NCBI GenBank assembly: GCA_937983475.1
Contig: CALJZV010000083.1
Coordinates: 1-58,140 of the forward strand
DNA: 58,140 nt
Reading direction: 5' to 3'
Source of the DNA: an uncultured Verrucomicrobiales bacterium
Lineage (GTDB): Bacteria > Verrucomicrobiota > Verrucomicrobiia > Limisphaerales > JACDHS01
Positions 1 to 8,245 of this stretch are shown here, in pieces. Below the pieces are notes generated by a model. The model was not told where the DNA came from. It saw nothing but the letters and a program-made list of their open reading frames with translations, and did no database searches. A program made the position numbers and the translations under genes. Each line of letters begins with the position of its first letter. The first letter of the stretch is position 1.

Positions 1-4
1 ATAA

Positions 5-142
5 CTCATCTATGACGGCATTCGCACCAACGTCGACTTTGAGCAACGCTTGTTCTACGTGGCCGCCACAATGGCCAAGCACTCGTTCTACATCATCCAG
101 CCCCAGACAGACAGGTTTTATGAGCCCATTTTGGACGGATAA
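5..142 (+). CDS. 3' end of an SF1 (UvrD-like) helicase frame; divergent copy of the window's last 100 nt plus 11 further codons and a stop
   Basis: Frame reads ..YDGIRTNVDFEQRLFYVAATMAKHSFYIIQPQTDRFYEPILDG then TAA at 140-142. Nt 10-109 align without gaps to 58041-58140 (89/100). An in-frame TAA lies at 2-4. Confidence 0.5.
   Translation, partial: LIYDGIRTNVDFEQRLFYVAATMAKHSFYIIQPQTDRFYEPILDG
10..109. repeat. Left copy of the imperfect terminal overlap (pairs with 58041-58140)
   Basis: Hand alignment gives 11 substitutions and no indels over 100 nt. Confidence 0.8.
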
Positions 143-201
143 AAATTATTTGTAGAAAGGTGAAAAAAGTTCTTGCGCAAAATCCATCTTCTCATTAAAC
201 T
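143..201 (+). promoter_or_regulatory. Candidate sigma70-type promoter, a degenerate copy of the repeated early promoter cassette
   Basis: A/T-rich upstream tract, TTGCGC at 173-178, 17-nt spacer, TAAACT at 196-201. Same layout as the cassettes at 8694, 9517, 10864 and 11690. Confidence 0.4.
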
Positions 202-355
202 CAATCTTGTTTGATACTAAATAAGATTTTAGTTCCACTAGAAAGGAGAGCGGATGGAAACACAAAACTAGGTAGAGCGGCGCAGCGCGGTGGCCGCTTA
301 TGTGAGTCAAGCACTGCGCAGGACAAAAGAATTTCGAAAGGAGAATGATAAAGCG

Positions 356-1027
356 ATGAGCAGGTTTTTAGCTTTCGTCTACGCCCCCAAAACAGAAGAG
401 CTGATTGCCAAGTGTGGCGAGAGCACCACTGCAATTGCACTGTGCCGGGAGCACCCCGACTACGTAACAATCACACAGAAAACAATCGGTAAGGAACTTA
501 ACCGAGAACAAATGCTTGCGATCTACAATATGTGTTGCGAGCAGGTTAAGGAATCATTTGACAGCGACGAGCAGGCGGCAACAGAATCATGGGCCGTGTT
601 AGCCGACGCCTTTGCTGCCAACCCCTACACCGATGCCGAGCACGCCGAACTTGTGGCCCGACACTTTCCCAATCAAAAAGGAGACGAGGAAACGATGGCA
701 AAGAAAAAAGCAGCACCGAAAAAGAAAGCAGCCCCCAAGAAAAAGGCGGCAGCAAAAAAGAAAGCCCCGGCCAAGAAGAAGGCCGCAGCTAAAAAGAAAG
801 CCCCGGCCCGCAAGACAGCCGGTAAGCAGAACCGCGTGACGAGCAAGTTCGCTGGCAAAAAGATCCAGCTGCTCAACAAGAAGAACCCTCATAAAGAAGG
901 CACCAAGTCCCACGGGTGGTTCGCACTACTGCGCAACAACATGACGGTGGAGGACTACGTGGCCGCTGGCGGCTTTACGCACTACATCGTTTTCGGCGTG
1001 GAAAAAGGCTTCTTGAAACTCAAGTAA
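356..1027 (+). CDS. Lys/Ala/Pro-repeat (histone H1-like) protein with a conserved C-terminal domain, function unknown
   Basis: ATG 356 follows AAAGGAG; the track ORF 290..1027 starts further upstream at a GTG. Central AKKKAAPKKKAAPKKKAAAKKKAPAKKKAAAKKKAP. C-terminus NPHKEGTKSHGWFALLRNNMTVEDYVAAGGFTHYI is shared with 11802..12449. Confidence 0.6.
   Translation: MSRFLAFVYAPKTEELIAKCGESTTAIALCREHPDYVTITQKTIGKELNREQMLAIYNMCCEQVKESFDSDEQAATESWAVLADAFAANPYTDAEHAELVARHFPNQKGDEETMAKKKAAPKKKAAPKKKAAAKKKAPAKKKAAAKKKAPARKTAGKQNRVTSKFAGKKIQLLNKKNPHKEGTKSHGWFALLRNNMTVEDYVAAGGFTHYIVFGVEKGFLKLK
698..814 (+). repeat. Imperfect in-frame tandem repeat encoding (KKKAAP)-like units
   Basis: Repeated aagaaa..gca/gcc..ccg units are visible in the nucleotide sequence. 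Confidence 0.8.
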
Positions 1028-1050
1028 GCCCCCGCGCTGATTAAACACGC

Positions 1051-1095
1051 GCGCGCCGGGTGCGGTGGAGTCACCCGGCGCGCTGTGTTCTTTTT
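1051..1095 (+). terminator. Rho-independent terminator between the first gene and the modification operon
   Basis: Perfect 12-bp stem GCGCGCCGGGTG/CACCCGGCGCGC (1051-1062 / 1072-1083), 9-nt loop, then TGTGTTCTTTTT. Confidence 0.8.
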
Positions 1096-1123
1096 AACTA
1101 CGAGAAAAGGAGGCACTGCCACA

Positions 1124-2059
1124 ATGCCCGTCAAGCCCATGCGCAAGGTTCCCCGCGCTATTGACCCCGCCACGCCCGACATGTTCTGGAAGCCAGAAGA
1201 TTTCTTTTGGTATTGGATGAACGAACGACACATGATCTACGTTAAGCGGCACAAGATGAGGCTGCCCAAGCCGTGGACAGACGATAAGATTTTGCAGAGC
1301 TACAAGTTCACGAACGTGTTCCGTGAGCTGGACACAGTCAGCCTCTGGATGCGCGAGCACTGGACCAAGCCCAACTGGAACGCGCCGCTGTGGCAAACGG
1401 TTTTGAACTGCGGCATCTTCCGCTTTTTTGGCACCACAGAATTCGCGGCCCTGCTGGGCTGGCAAAAACGCTTTGAACCCGAACACATGACCGACCTTGC
1501 CTACGCCATGCTCGCAGGCGGGGGACGCGTGTTCACGGGTGCTTACATCATAAGCAACTTTGGCCAGCGGCGGCCCAAGCAAGAGGTGATCGTTGAGGAC
1601 GTGCTTGCCCCGTTTGCCGAGGAGTGCAAAGCGATTGCCAAGGTTGCCCGCAAGACGCGCAGTCTGCAAGCTACCTTTGAAGCCATGAGTCACTTGTATG
1701 GCTTTGGCGGCAATGGGTTCATGGCTTATGAGATTGTCAGTGACTTGCGCCACACCAAGGTCCTGCACGACTGCGAGGACAACCTCACATGGGCCAACGC
1801 TGGCCCCGGCGCAAAGCGCGGCTTGAACCGCATCCACGAGCGACCGCTCAATGCCCCGGTGCGCCCCCAACAGGCTTTGGAGGAGATGCAAGAACTGTGG
1901 CGCGGTGCCATACGTGATGGGAAGGTAGGGCAACACATTGTCAAGCAGGCACGCTTTGAGATGCGTGAGATTGAGCACAGCCTCTGTGAGTTTGATAAAT
2001 ACATGCGCGTCCACAACGACGAAGGCAGACCCCGAGGAAGGTATGACGGAACACCATGA
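1124..2059 (+). CDS. aGPT-Pplase clade 1-like DNA base hypermodification enzyme (alpha-glutamyl/putrescinyl thymine pyrophosphorylase family)
   Basis: AAGGAGG at 1107-1113, then ATG 1124; the track start at 1085 lies in the terminator U-tract. The motif PKPWTDDKILQSYKFTNVFRELDTVSLW matches my recollection of the family signature. Confidence 0.65.
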   Translation: MPVKPMRKVPRAIDPATPDMFWKPEDFFWYWMNERHMIYVKRHKMRLPKPWTDDKILQSYKFTNVFRELDTVSLWMREHWTKPNWNAPLWQTVLNCGIFRFFGTTEFAALLGWQKRFEPEHMTDLAYAMLAGGGRVFTGAYIISNFGQRRPKQEVIVEDVLAPFAEECKAIAKVARKTRSLQATFEAMSHLYGFGGNGFMAYEIVSDLRHTKVLHDCEDNLTWANAGPGAKRGLNRIHERPLNAPVRPQQALEEMQELWRGAIRDGKVGQHIVKQARFEMREIEHSLCEFDKYMRVHNDEGRPRGRYDGTP

Positions 2060-3039
2060 GCAAACCCTACAAGCAGCACCCACCCTACGCAATCCAGATA
2101 GAGCCGGTTGAAGGCTGTAATCTGGCTTGCAGCTTTTGCGGCATCAACGGCATCCGCGAGGGCGACACCAGTAGCAAGCCCTTCAAGATGATGAACGTGG
2201 GCCACGCCGAGCAGCTGGCCGTTGGCCTAGCGGCCACGGGCTGGAATCCACGGGTGGAGTTTGCCATGCACGGCGAACCCACTATGCACCCCCAGCTCCG
2301 CGACATTGTCTGGCTCTTCCGCAAACACAACCCCAAGCTCCAGCTGATGGTGACCACCAATGGGGCCGGTCTGATCAAAGAGCCGGTTGCCCGCGTGGCA
2401 GCCCTGTTTGAAGCCGGGTTGAACGTGCTGGCGATCGATAAATACGAGCACGCGACCTACATAAACAGGGTTCTCACGCCGATTTACGATGCCGCCGCTG
2501 CTGGCAGCCTGCCCATGCCGCTACCGTATCCGGAGAATCCCAAGGGCAACCCGCACACCCGCCGCCCGGTAACGGCCCAAGTGATCAGCGTGGTGGAGGA
2601 CATCAGCGATGCCACCAAGGGCACCCACTCCAGCCTGAACAATCACGCGGGCTGCGCTGCGCCTCCCGACCACAGTCAGCAGGGCAAGCGATGCGCCAAG
2701 CCGTTCAGAGAGCTGAGCGTCCGCTACGACGGCAACGTGGCCGTCTGCTGTAACGACTGGCGCGGCACCTATTACGTGGGCAACGTCATTATCGACACCT
2801 TTGAGGAGGTTTGGTGGAGCGCGGCCATGCACGCGGCGCGCGTTAAGCTATACCACGGCCAGCGTGACTTCGGGCCGTGCGACGGGTGTAATGCAAAGTC
2901 TTACCGGGTAGGCCTGCTGCCCGACAAATACGGCAAGGACGCGCTGCCTGAGCCAGATAAGGAGGACCGTGAGACCATAGAGGAGGCTCTAGGCTATGAG
3001 CCCCTAGCCGCCCCCGTGTTGCGGGAGTGGGAAAAGTAA
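2056..3039 (+). CDS. Radical SAM enzyme with a Cys-rich SPASM-like C-terminal domain
   Basis: CNLACSFCG (CxxxCxxC), GEPTMHP and TTNG motifs. C-terminal VCCNDW...GPCDGCN. ATGA overlap with the upstream gene. Confidence 0.85.
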   Translation: MSKPYKQHPPYAIQIEPVEGCNLACSFCGINGIREGDTSSKPFKMMNVGHAEQLAVGLAATGWNPRVEFAMHGEPTMHPQLRDIVWLFRKHNPKLQLMVTTNGAGLIKEPVARVAALFEAGLNVLAIDKYEHATYINRVLTPIYDAAAAGSLPMPLPYPENPKGNPHTRRPVTAQVISVVEDISDATKGTHSSLNNHAGCAAPPDHSQQGKRCAKPFRELSVRYDGNVAVCCNDWRGTYYVGNVIIDTFEEVWWSAAMHAARVKLYHGQRDFGPCDGCNAKSYRVGLLPDKYGKDALPEPDKEDRETIEEALGYEPLAAPVLREWEK

Positions 3040-3053
3040 GAAAGGAGAAAGCA

Positions 3054-3872
3054 ATGAAACGCGAAAAAATAATCGCAGACTTCAAACAAAAGTGTTTGAT
3101 CTACATCCCCAGCCGGGGACGATGCCTGAACCAAAAGACCTTTGAAAATATACCGCGCTCCCTACGCCCGGTCACGAGGATTGTGATCCCCCCGGAGGAC
3201 GAGCAGCGGATGCCGGAGAAGTATGCCCCTTACTGCCGCGTCTGCCCGGAGGAGGGCATAGGACCGACCCGCCAGTGGATACTGCAGACCCACCATGATG
3301 AGCAGCTGCGCCCCTACCTAATCATGAGCGACGATGACCACTCGTTCTTCCGGCGCAAGTCGGAGGAGGACTGGCATTTGCAACGGTGCAGCGACGAGGA
3401 CGTTGAAGACATGTTCATCGCCCTTGGCGACCTGCTTGAGGAATACATGCAAGTCGGTCTCAGCCCGCGCTCGGGCAACAACCGGATGGAGGCACCCGTC
3501 AAGGAATGCACGAGGATGTTCAACTTCCACGGCTACGACGTTGCTGCCTACCATGCGCTCGGCCTGAGATTTGATGAGACGCCCCTGATGGAGGACTTCA
3601 ACGTCACGTTGCGTATCTTGGAGGCGGGCTATCCCAACGCGCTGCTGACTCAATACTGTTGGGACCAGCCCGGCAGCAACAGTGACGGCGGTTGTAGCAG
3701 CTACCGCACCCCCGAATTGCAGGCCAAGGCCGCTAATTTGTTGGCTGAGCTGCATCCCAAGTTCGTCAAAGTTGTTGACAAGAAGAGCAATAATTGGGAA
3801 GGTATGGACACCCGCAAAGACGTGCGCATCCAATGGCGCAAGGCTTACGAGTCAGGAGTAAAAGAATTATGA
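3054..3872 (+). CDS. GT-A-like glycosyltransferase-fold protein (TET/JBP-associated glycosyltransferase-like), tentative
   Basis: AAAGGAG, then ATG 3054. IYIPSRGR near the N-terminus, a short acidic stretch, then LIMSDDDHSFF (DxD-like), which is the GT-A pattern. No Walker A motif. Confidence 0.45.
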   Translation: MKREKIIADFKQKCLIYIPSRGRCLNQKTFENIPRSLRPVTRIVIPPEDEQRMPEKYAPYCRVCPEEGIGPTRQWILQTHHDEQLRPYLIMSDDDHSFFRRKSEEDWHLQRCSDEDVEDMFIALGDLLEEYMQVGLSPRSGNNRMEAPVKECTRMFNFHGYDVAAYHALGLRFDETPLMEDFNVTLRILEAGYPNALLTQYCWDQPGSNSDGGCSSYRTPELQAKAANLLAELHPKFVKVVDKKSNNWEGMDTRKDVRIQWRKAYESGVKEL

Positions 3873-4969
3873 GCAGGAATATCAATAGCGGAATTCCGCA
3901 CGTTCTTGACGTCCGCAACGTGGACGAGGCTTTTTTCAGAGGCGCGGAGCTACTGCGCGAGCAAGGCGTGCAGCGGCCCAGCCGCGACGGCATGACGTTG
4001 GAGTGCCCGTTCCCCGTCATCACCAGCTACGCAAACCCGTGGGAGTGTGTGCTGGGTTACGACCAGCAACGCAAGCCCAACCCGTTCTTCCACTTCTTTG
4101 AGGCGTTGTGGATGCTTGCCGGGCGCAGAGACGTGGAGATGCTGAAGCACTACAACAGCCAGATGGCTGCCTACAGTGACGACGGCGAAGTGTTCCACGC
4201 CGCCTACGGCTACCGGCTGCGGCACCACTTTGGCATAGACCAGATCAACCACTGCATTGCGAAGTTAAAGAAGAACGCCAATGACCGTCAGGTGGTGATG
4301 CAGATCTGGGATTGCAACAGCGATCTGGATAAGGTCAGCAAGGACATCCCATGTAACGACTTTGTGATGTTCCGGGTAGACGACCCGGCCTGTGGCCGCA
4401 GGCTAAACATGACCGTCTGTTGTCGCAGTAACGACATGATCTGGGGCTGCTACGGCAGCAACGTGGTGCAGTTTGCGTTCCTCCACAAATACATTGCCAC
4501 AATGGCCGGGTTCCGGATGGGTCGTTACAATCAGTTAAGTCATAGCTTTCATGTCTATACTGAACGCCCGCAGTGGGAGGCCATCAAAGGGATTTCCTTT
4601 GAGAACTATCTCAATGACACCTACTACACCGGCGGATTCTGCAATATACCTAAAGAAGCTGCAACGCCATCTCAATTAATGATGACCTATCCCGACGACT
4701 GGTATAATGACCTCCTCACCTTCTTGGACGACCCGCAGTGCTGTGACGTGCGGAACTATTGGTTCCACAAAACTGCCCGGCCCATGTGGCTCGCCTACGA
4801 GTGCCACAAGCAGCGCAACTACGACATCGCGCTCACGCACGCTGGCACCATAGAGGCTGACGATTGGAGACTGGCTTGCACCACATGGCTGCGCCGGGTG
4901 CGAGAAGCCTACGAGGACCGCGAGGCGCGCAAACTGCGAGAGGAAAAGGAGGCACAAGCAACATCATGA
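3869..4969 (+). CDS. Thymidylate-synthase-fold pyrimidine hydroxymethylase, probably dUMP hydroxymethylase
   Basis: ATGA overlap at 3869-3872. NPFFHFFEALWMLAG, DIPCNDF (catalytic Cys) and CRSNDMIWGCYGSNVVQF motifs. About 90 aa of C-terminal extension. Confidence 0.75.
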   Translation: MSRNINSGIPHVLDVRNVDEAFFRGAELLREQGVQRPSRDGMTLECPFPVITSYANPWECVLGYDQQRKPNPFFHFFEALWMLAGRRDVEMLKHYNSQMAAYSDDGEVFHAAYGYRLRHHFGIDQINHCIAKLKKNANDRQVVMQIWDCNSDLDKVSKDIPCNDFVMFRVDDPACGRRLNMTVCCRSNDMIWGCYGSNVVQFAFLHKYIATMAGFRMGRYNQLSHSFHVYTERPQWEAIKGISFENYLNDTYYTGGFCNIPKEAATPSQLMMTYPDDWYNDLLTFLDDPQCCDVRNYWFHKTARPMWLAYECHKQRNYDIALTHAGTIEADDWRLACTTWLRRVREAYEDREARKLREEKEAQATS

Positions 4970-5592
4970 GTCGTAAGGACCTCACCAACCCCCTGCGCGT
5001 TATTGAGGAGGCCCCGCACATCGAGCGGTTCCATACGTTCCCCACCATTGGCAAGCAGAACATCGCGAGCCACAGCTGGGGCGTGGCCTTGCTGACGCAC
5101 ACCATCTACGAGGGCGAGCCGCCAGTGGAGGCGATCATGTATGCGCTTTGTCATGACATACATGAAATCGAAGTTGGCGACGTGCCTGCCCCCACCAAAT
5201 GGAAGCACCCCGCGCTCAAGGAGCAACTGAACAAAGCCACCGATGAGTTCGAGCGCATCCACAACATCCAAGTTCCGGAGGACGAGGAGGTGCTGTGCGT
5301 TGTGGATATAGCGGACAAACTCGAAGGCATGTTAAACTGTATCCGCGAAATTAAGCTCGGCAACATGCACATGATCCTCGTCTACACGCGCTGGCGGCGC
5401 GCTGTAACCAACAAGGAGACCCGCAAACTCTACAACTCTAAAGTCTGCACCGCCATCCGATTGAAAACCAATGGGCTGATCAACGAGATCCAAGACCAGT
5501 TCGTCCGCGCCACATGGGACTATCCCCATTACAAACAACTGATTGAAGCCCAAGTGAAAAGCGATGGGCCATCCCTAAAGGAGACTGAATAA
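4966..5592 (+). CDS. HD-domain phosphohydrolase, YfbR-like 5'-deoxynucleotidase
   Basis: ATGA overlap at 4966-4969. SHSWGVALL...LCHDIHEIEVGDVPAPTKW parallels the YfbR H..HD..E..GD.P.P.K motif. Confidence 0.7.
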   Translation: MSRKDLTNPLRVIEEAPHIERFHTFPTIGKQNIASHSWGVALLTHTIYEGEPPVEAIMYALCHDIHEIEVGDVPAPTKWKHPALKEQLNKATDEFERIHNIQVPEDEEVLCVVDIADKLEGMLNCIREIKLGNMHMILVYTRWRRAVTNKETRKLYNSKVCTAIRLKTNGLINEIQDQFVRATWDYPHYKQLIEAQVKSDGPSLKETE

Positions 5593-5594
5593 TT

Positions 5595-6233
5595 ATGGAA
5601 CCGACAGACAAACCAACAGCACTCCAGCAGTTCTACGTTCTACTGGCCCGCGTGGCTGGTGAGGACGTAGAGGAGCTGCTTAAAAAGAACGAGGAGTATG
5701 GCGACAGCTGGAAGAAGCGCGGGGGCATTGGTGCCTTCATGATGTTGGCGCGCAAATGGGATCGCATTGAAAACATGACGCAAGCCGAGCGTTATGACGT
5801 CTTCGAAGCCATCCTAAAAAGCGATGCCGTCACAGGCGTTGTGGATGACATCGGTGATTTGCGCCGCTACCTGCTGCTCGTTGAAACGGAGTGCCGCCTG
5901 CGCCGCTACCAGCAAACCGGAGCCAACAACGCCCCGCTCGCCCCCGGCACCCCGCAACCCACCAGCGGCCCGGTAGCCCTGTTTGAGCAGGAACAGGAAG
6001 CTGAGGTTCCCACTCCGCTGCCGCCCGAGCATATAACGGCTGACGACGAGCTGACGCGCATGGTGCGCACCATCCTTGTCCAAGTGTATGGCAACAAGCA
6101 GCGCGCGCAGACGGAGGCGGCCACGTCCGCTCTGATCCGGCTGTTCAACGAGCGCATCACGGCCATGGGCGAAGCCTTGGCTAAGAACGTTGAGGAACAT
6201 ATTGGCGAGTGCGACCACTCGCCCAACCCATAA
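5595..6233 (+). CDS. DUF1599/MazG-like all-alpha nucleotide pyrophosphohydrolase-fold protein, tentative
   Basis: EEYGDSWKKRGGIGAFMMLARKWDRIENM ... VVDDIGDLRRYLLLVE. The C-terminal half is low complexity. Confidence 0.45.
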   Translation: MEPTDKPTALQQFYVLLARVAGEDVEELLKKNEEYGDSWKKRGGIGAFMMLARKWDRIENMTQAERYDVFEAILKSDAVTGVVDDIGDLRRYLLLVETECRLRRYQQTGANNAPLAPGTPQPTSGPVALFEQEQEAEVPTPLPPEHITADDELTRMVRTILVQVYGNKQRAQTEAATSALIRLFNERITAMGEALAKNVEEHIGECDHSPNP

Positions 6234-6247
6234 AAGGATCTCGCGCA

Positions 6248-8245
6248 GTGCAACTACCACTCTTCCCTCCCGAGATGAAGACCGACTGGACGCCGCCCGG
6301 CCACTTGCCCGACTTGGCCGATGCTAAGATGATAGGCCTAGACGTTGAGACGTGCGACCCCAACCTCCGCACCAAGGGGCCGGGCGGCGTGCGTAAGGAT
6401 GGCCACCTTGCCGGGGTCAGCATAGCCACAGACGACGGATTTAAGGCTTATCTACCCATAAGGCACGGCATGGGGCCGAACATGGCGGCCAGACCCGTCC
6501 TCGCGTGGCTCAGGCGGCAGCTGGGGCGGCGCAATCAGCCCAAGGTGGGAGCCAATCTGCTCTACGACCTTGAGTGGTTGGCCGTGAATGATGTGCCGGT
6601 GGAGGGGCCGTTTTGGGACGTGCAAGTTGCCGAGCCACTGCTGGATGAGAATCTGCACAGCTACAGCTTGGAGTCTATCAGTCGTAAGCACTTGGGCCGG
6701 GGCAAGGAGGAGCAGCTGCTTGAGGAGGCCGCCCTTACTTACCTCGGCCCCAAGGGCGACACTAAAGGTGACCTCTGGAAGTTGCCCGCCAAATACGTTG
6801 GCCCCTACGCGGAGGCCGATGCCGTGCTGCCCCTGCTGATCTTTGAGAAGCAACGGAAGAAGCTGGAGGAGCAGGGGCTAATGGAGGTCTTCAACTTGGA
6901 GACCCGCCTGATTCCCCTGCTGCTTGCCATGCGCCTGCGCGGCGTGCGCGTAGATGTGAATCGCGCCGAGGAGTTGGTTGACCATTTAACGGCCAAGGCC
7001 GCTAATCTACACAAGGAATTGAAGTCCTTGGCCGGGCGTGAGATCGGCGTGTGGGCCAATGATGATCTTGCTTACGCTTTCGATCAGGTGGGCGTCAGCT
7101 ACCCGCGCACCCCCAAAACAGGGAAGGGCCAGTTTCAAAAGACTTGGCTCCAAAACCACCCCGCGCCCATTGCCAAGTTGGTAGTGGATATTCGCGAGTG
7201 CGAAAAGATGCGCGATACGTTTGCCGTCAATCAAATCCTCAACAGCCACGTAGATGGCCGCGTCTATACGCAGTTCCATGCGCTGCGGAGTGACCAGTAT
7301 GGCACCGTCAGCGGAAGATTCAGCAGCAGCAACCCCAACCTGCAACAAGTGCCCAGCCGGGGCGCGTTTGCCAAGATGGTGCGCGGGCTGTTTGTGCCGG
7401 AGGAGGGTCAGCAGTGGTGGTCAGCCGACTTTAGCCAAATTGAGTTCCGGCTGATTGTCCATTATGCTGCGCTGCTGGAACTACGCGGTAGCGATGCAGC
7501 CTGCGCCATGTATAGCAGCGACCCCAAAACGGATTTCCATACCATGGTCGCCACGCTTACCGGGTTAGACCGCAAGCCCGCCAAGAACATCAACTTCGGG
7601 CTGGCCTACAACATGGGCAAGAAGAAGCTGGCCGCCAGCCTTGGCGTTGACCTTGGCACAGCCGAGGGGATGTTCATGCAGTATCATGGCAAGGTGCCTT
7701 TTGTAAAGCTGCTGAACGAGAAGTGCGTGAGCCAAGCTAATCGTCAGGGCTACGTGCGCACACTGGCAGGCCGCCGCCGTAGATTTACGCAGTGGGAAGT
7801 CAACTTCAATCACCCCGAGTATGACCGTTACAAATACGATGCCCCCATGGAATACGGGCAAGCCTTGGAACGCTACAGCGACCGCCGATTTGTGCGCCGC
7901 GCCAAGACCCACAAGGCGATGAACAGTGTTGTGCAAGGCACCGCCGCCGACCTGATGAAATACGCCATGGCCGAGGTCTGGGAGAGCGGTGTGTGTGACG
8001 TCCTCGGCGTGCCCACGCTAACCGTTCACGACGAGCTGGACGGATCTATTGAGCCCACCCCACAACACACCGAGGCCTTGATTGAGTTGGTGCAAACCAT
8101 GATCCACGCCGTTCCCCTAAAGGTGCCCGTGATGGTGGACTGTGAAATTGGCCCCAATTGGGGCGACGTAAGCGAACCCAGCGAAAACGCCCCATGGATG
8201 CGAGGACTAAAGGATGGATGCACTACCAAATTTCAACAAGAGTAA
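6248..8245 (+). CDS. Family A DNA polymerase with a 3'-5' exonuclease domain
   Basis: Exo motifs DVETCD, NLLYDLEWL and YAEADA. Pol motifs SADFSQIEFRL, RKPAKNINFGLAYNMG and TVHDEL. Start is GTG 6248 or ATG 6275; the track start at 6209 overlaps the upstream gene. Confidence 0.9.
   Translation: MQLPLFPPEMKTDWTPPGHLPDLADAKMIGLDVETCDPNLRTKGPGGVRKDGHLAGVSIATDDGFKAYLPIRHGMGPNMAARPVLAWLRRQLGRRNQPKVGANLLYDLEWLAVNDVPVEGPFWDVQVAEPLLDENLHSYSLESISRKHLGRGKEEQLLEEAALTYLGPKGDTKGDLWKLPAKYVGPYAEADAVLPLLIFEKQRKKLEEQGLMEVFNLETRLIPLLLAMRLRGVRVDVNRAEELVDHLTAKAANLHKELKSLAGREIGVWANDDLAYAFDQVGVSYPRTPKTGKGQFQKTWLQNHPAPIAKLVVDIRECEKMRDTFAVNQILNSHVDGRVYTQFHALRSDQYGTVSGRFSSSNPNLQQVPSRGAFAKMVRGLFVPEEGQQWWSADFSQIEFRLIVHYAALLELRGSDAACAMYSSDPKTDFHTMVATLTGLDRKPAKNINFGLAYNMGKKKLAASLGVDLGTAEGMFMQYHGKVPFVKLLNEKCVSQANRQGYVRTLAGRRRRFTQWEVNFNHPEYDRYKYDAPMEYGQALERYSDRRFVRRAKTHKAMNSVVQGTAADLMKYAMAEVWESGVCDVLGVPTLTVHDELDGSIEPTPQHTEALIELVQTMIHAVPLKVPVMVDCEIGPNWGDVSEPSENAPWMRGLKDGCTTKFQQE

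Noticed and set aside
1094-2092. 332-aa ORF antisense to the aGPT-Pplase-like gene
   Set aside because: It has no RBS and a low-complexity, Arg/Ala/Gly-rich translation typical of a shadow ORF in GC-rich coding DNA. The sense strand has clear family motifs.
3794-3868. Upstream extensions of track ORFs (3794, 4864, 1085, 3027, 6209, 10145, 10405, 14910-15065, 34698-34775, 40644-40745, 42653, 47428, 51418, 52703)
   Set aside because: These extensions overlap the preceding gene or a terminator. Downstream ATG or GTG codons with AAGGAG-type RBS or ATGA/TAATG coupling give compact operons.
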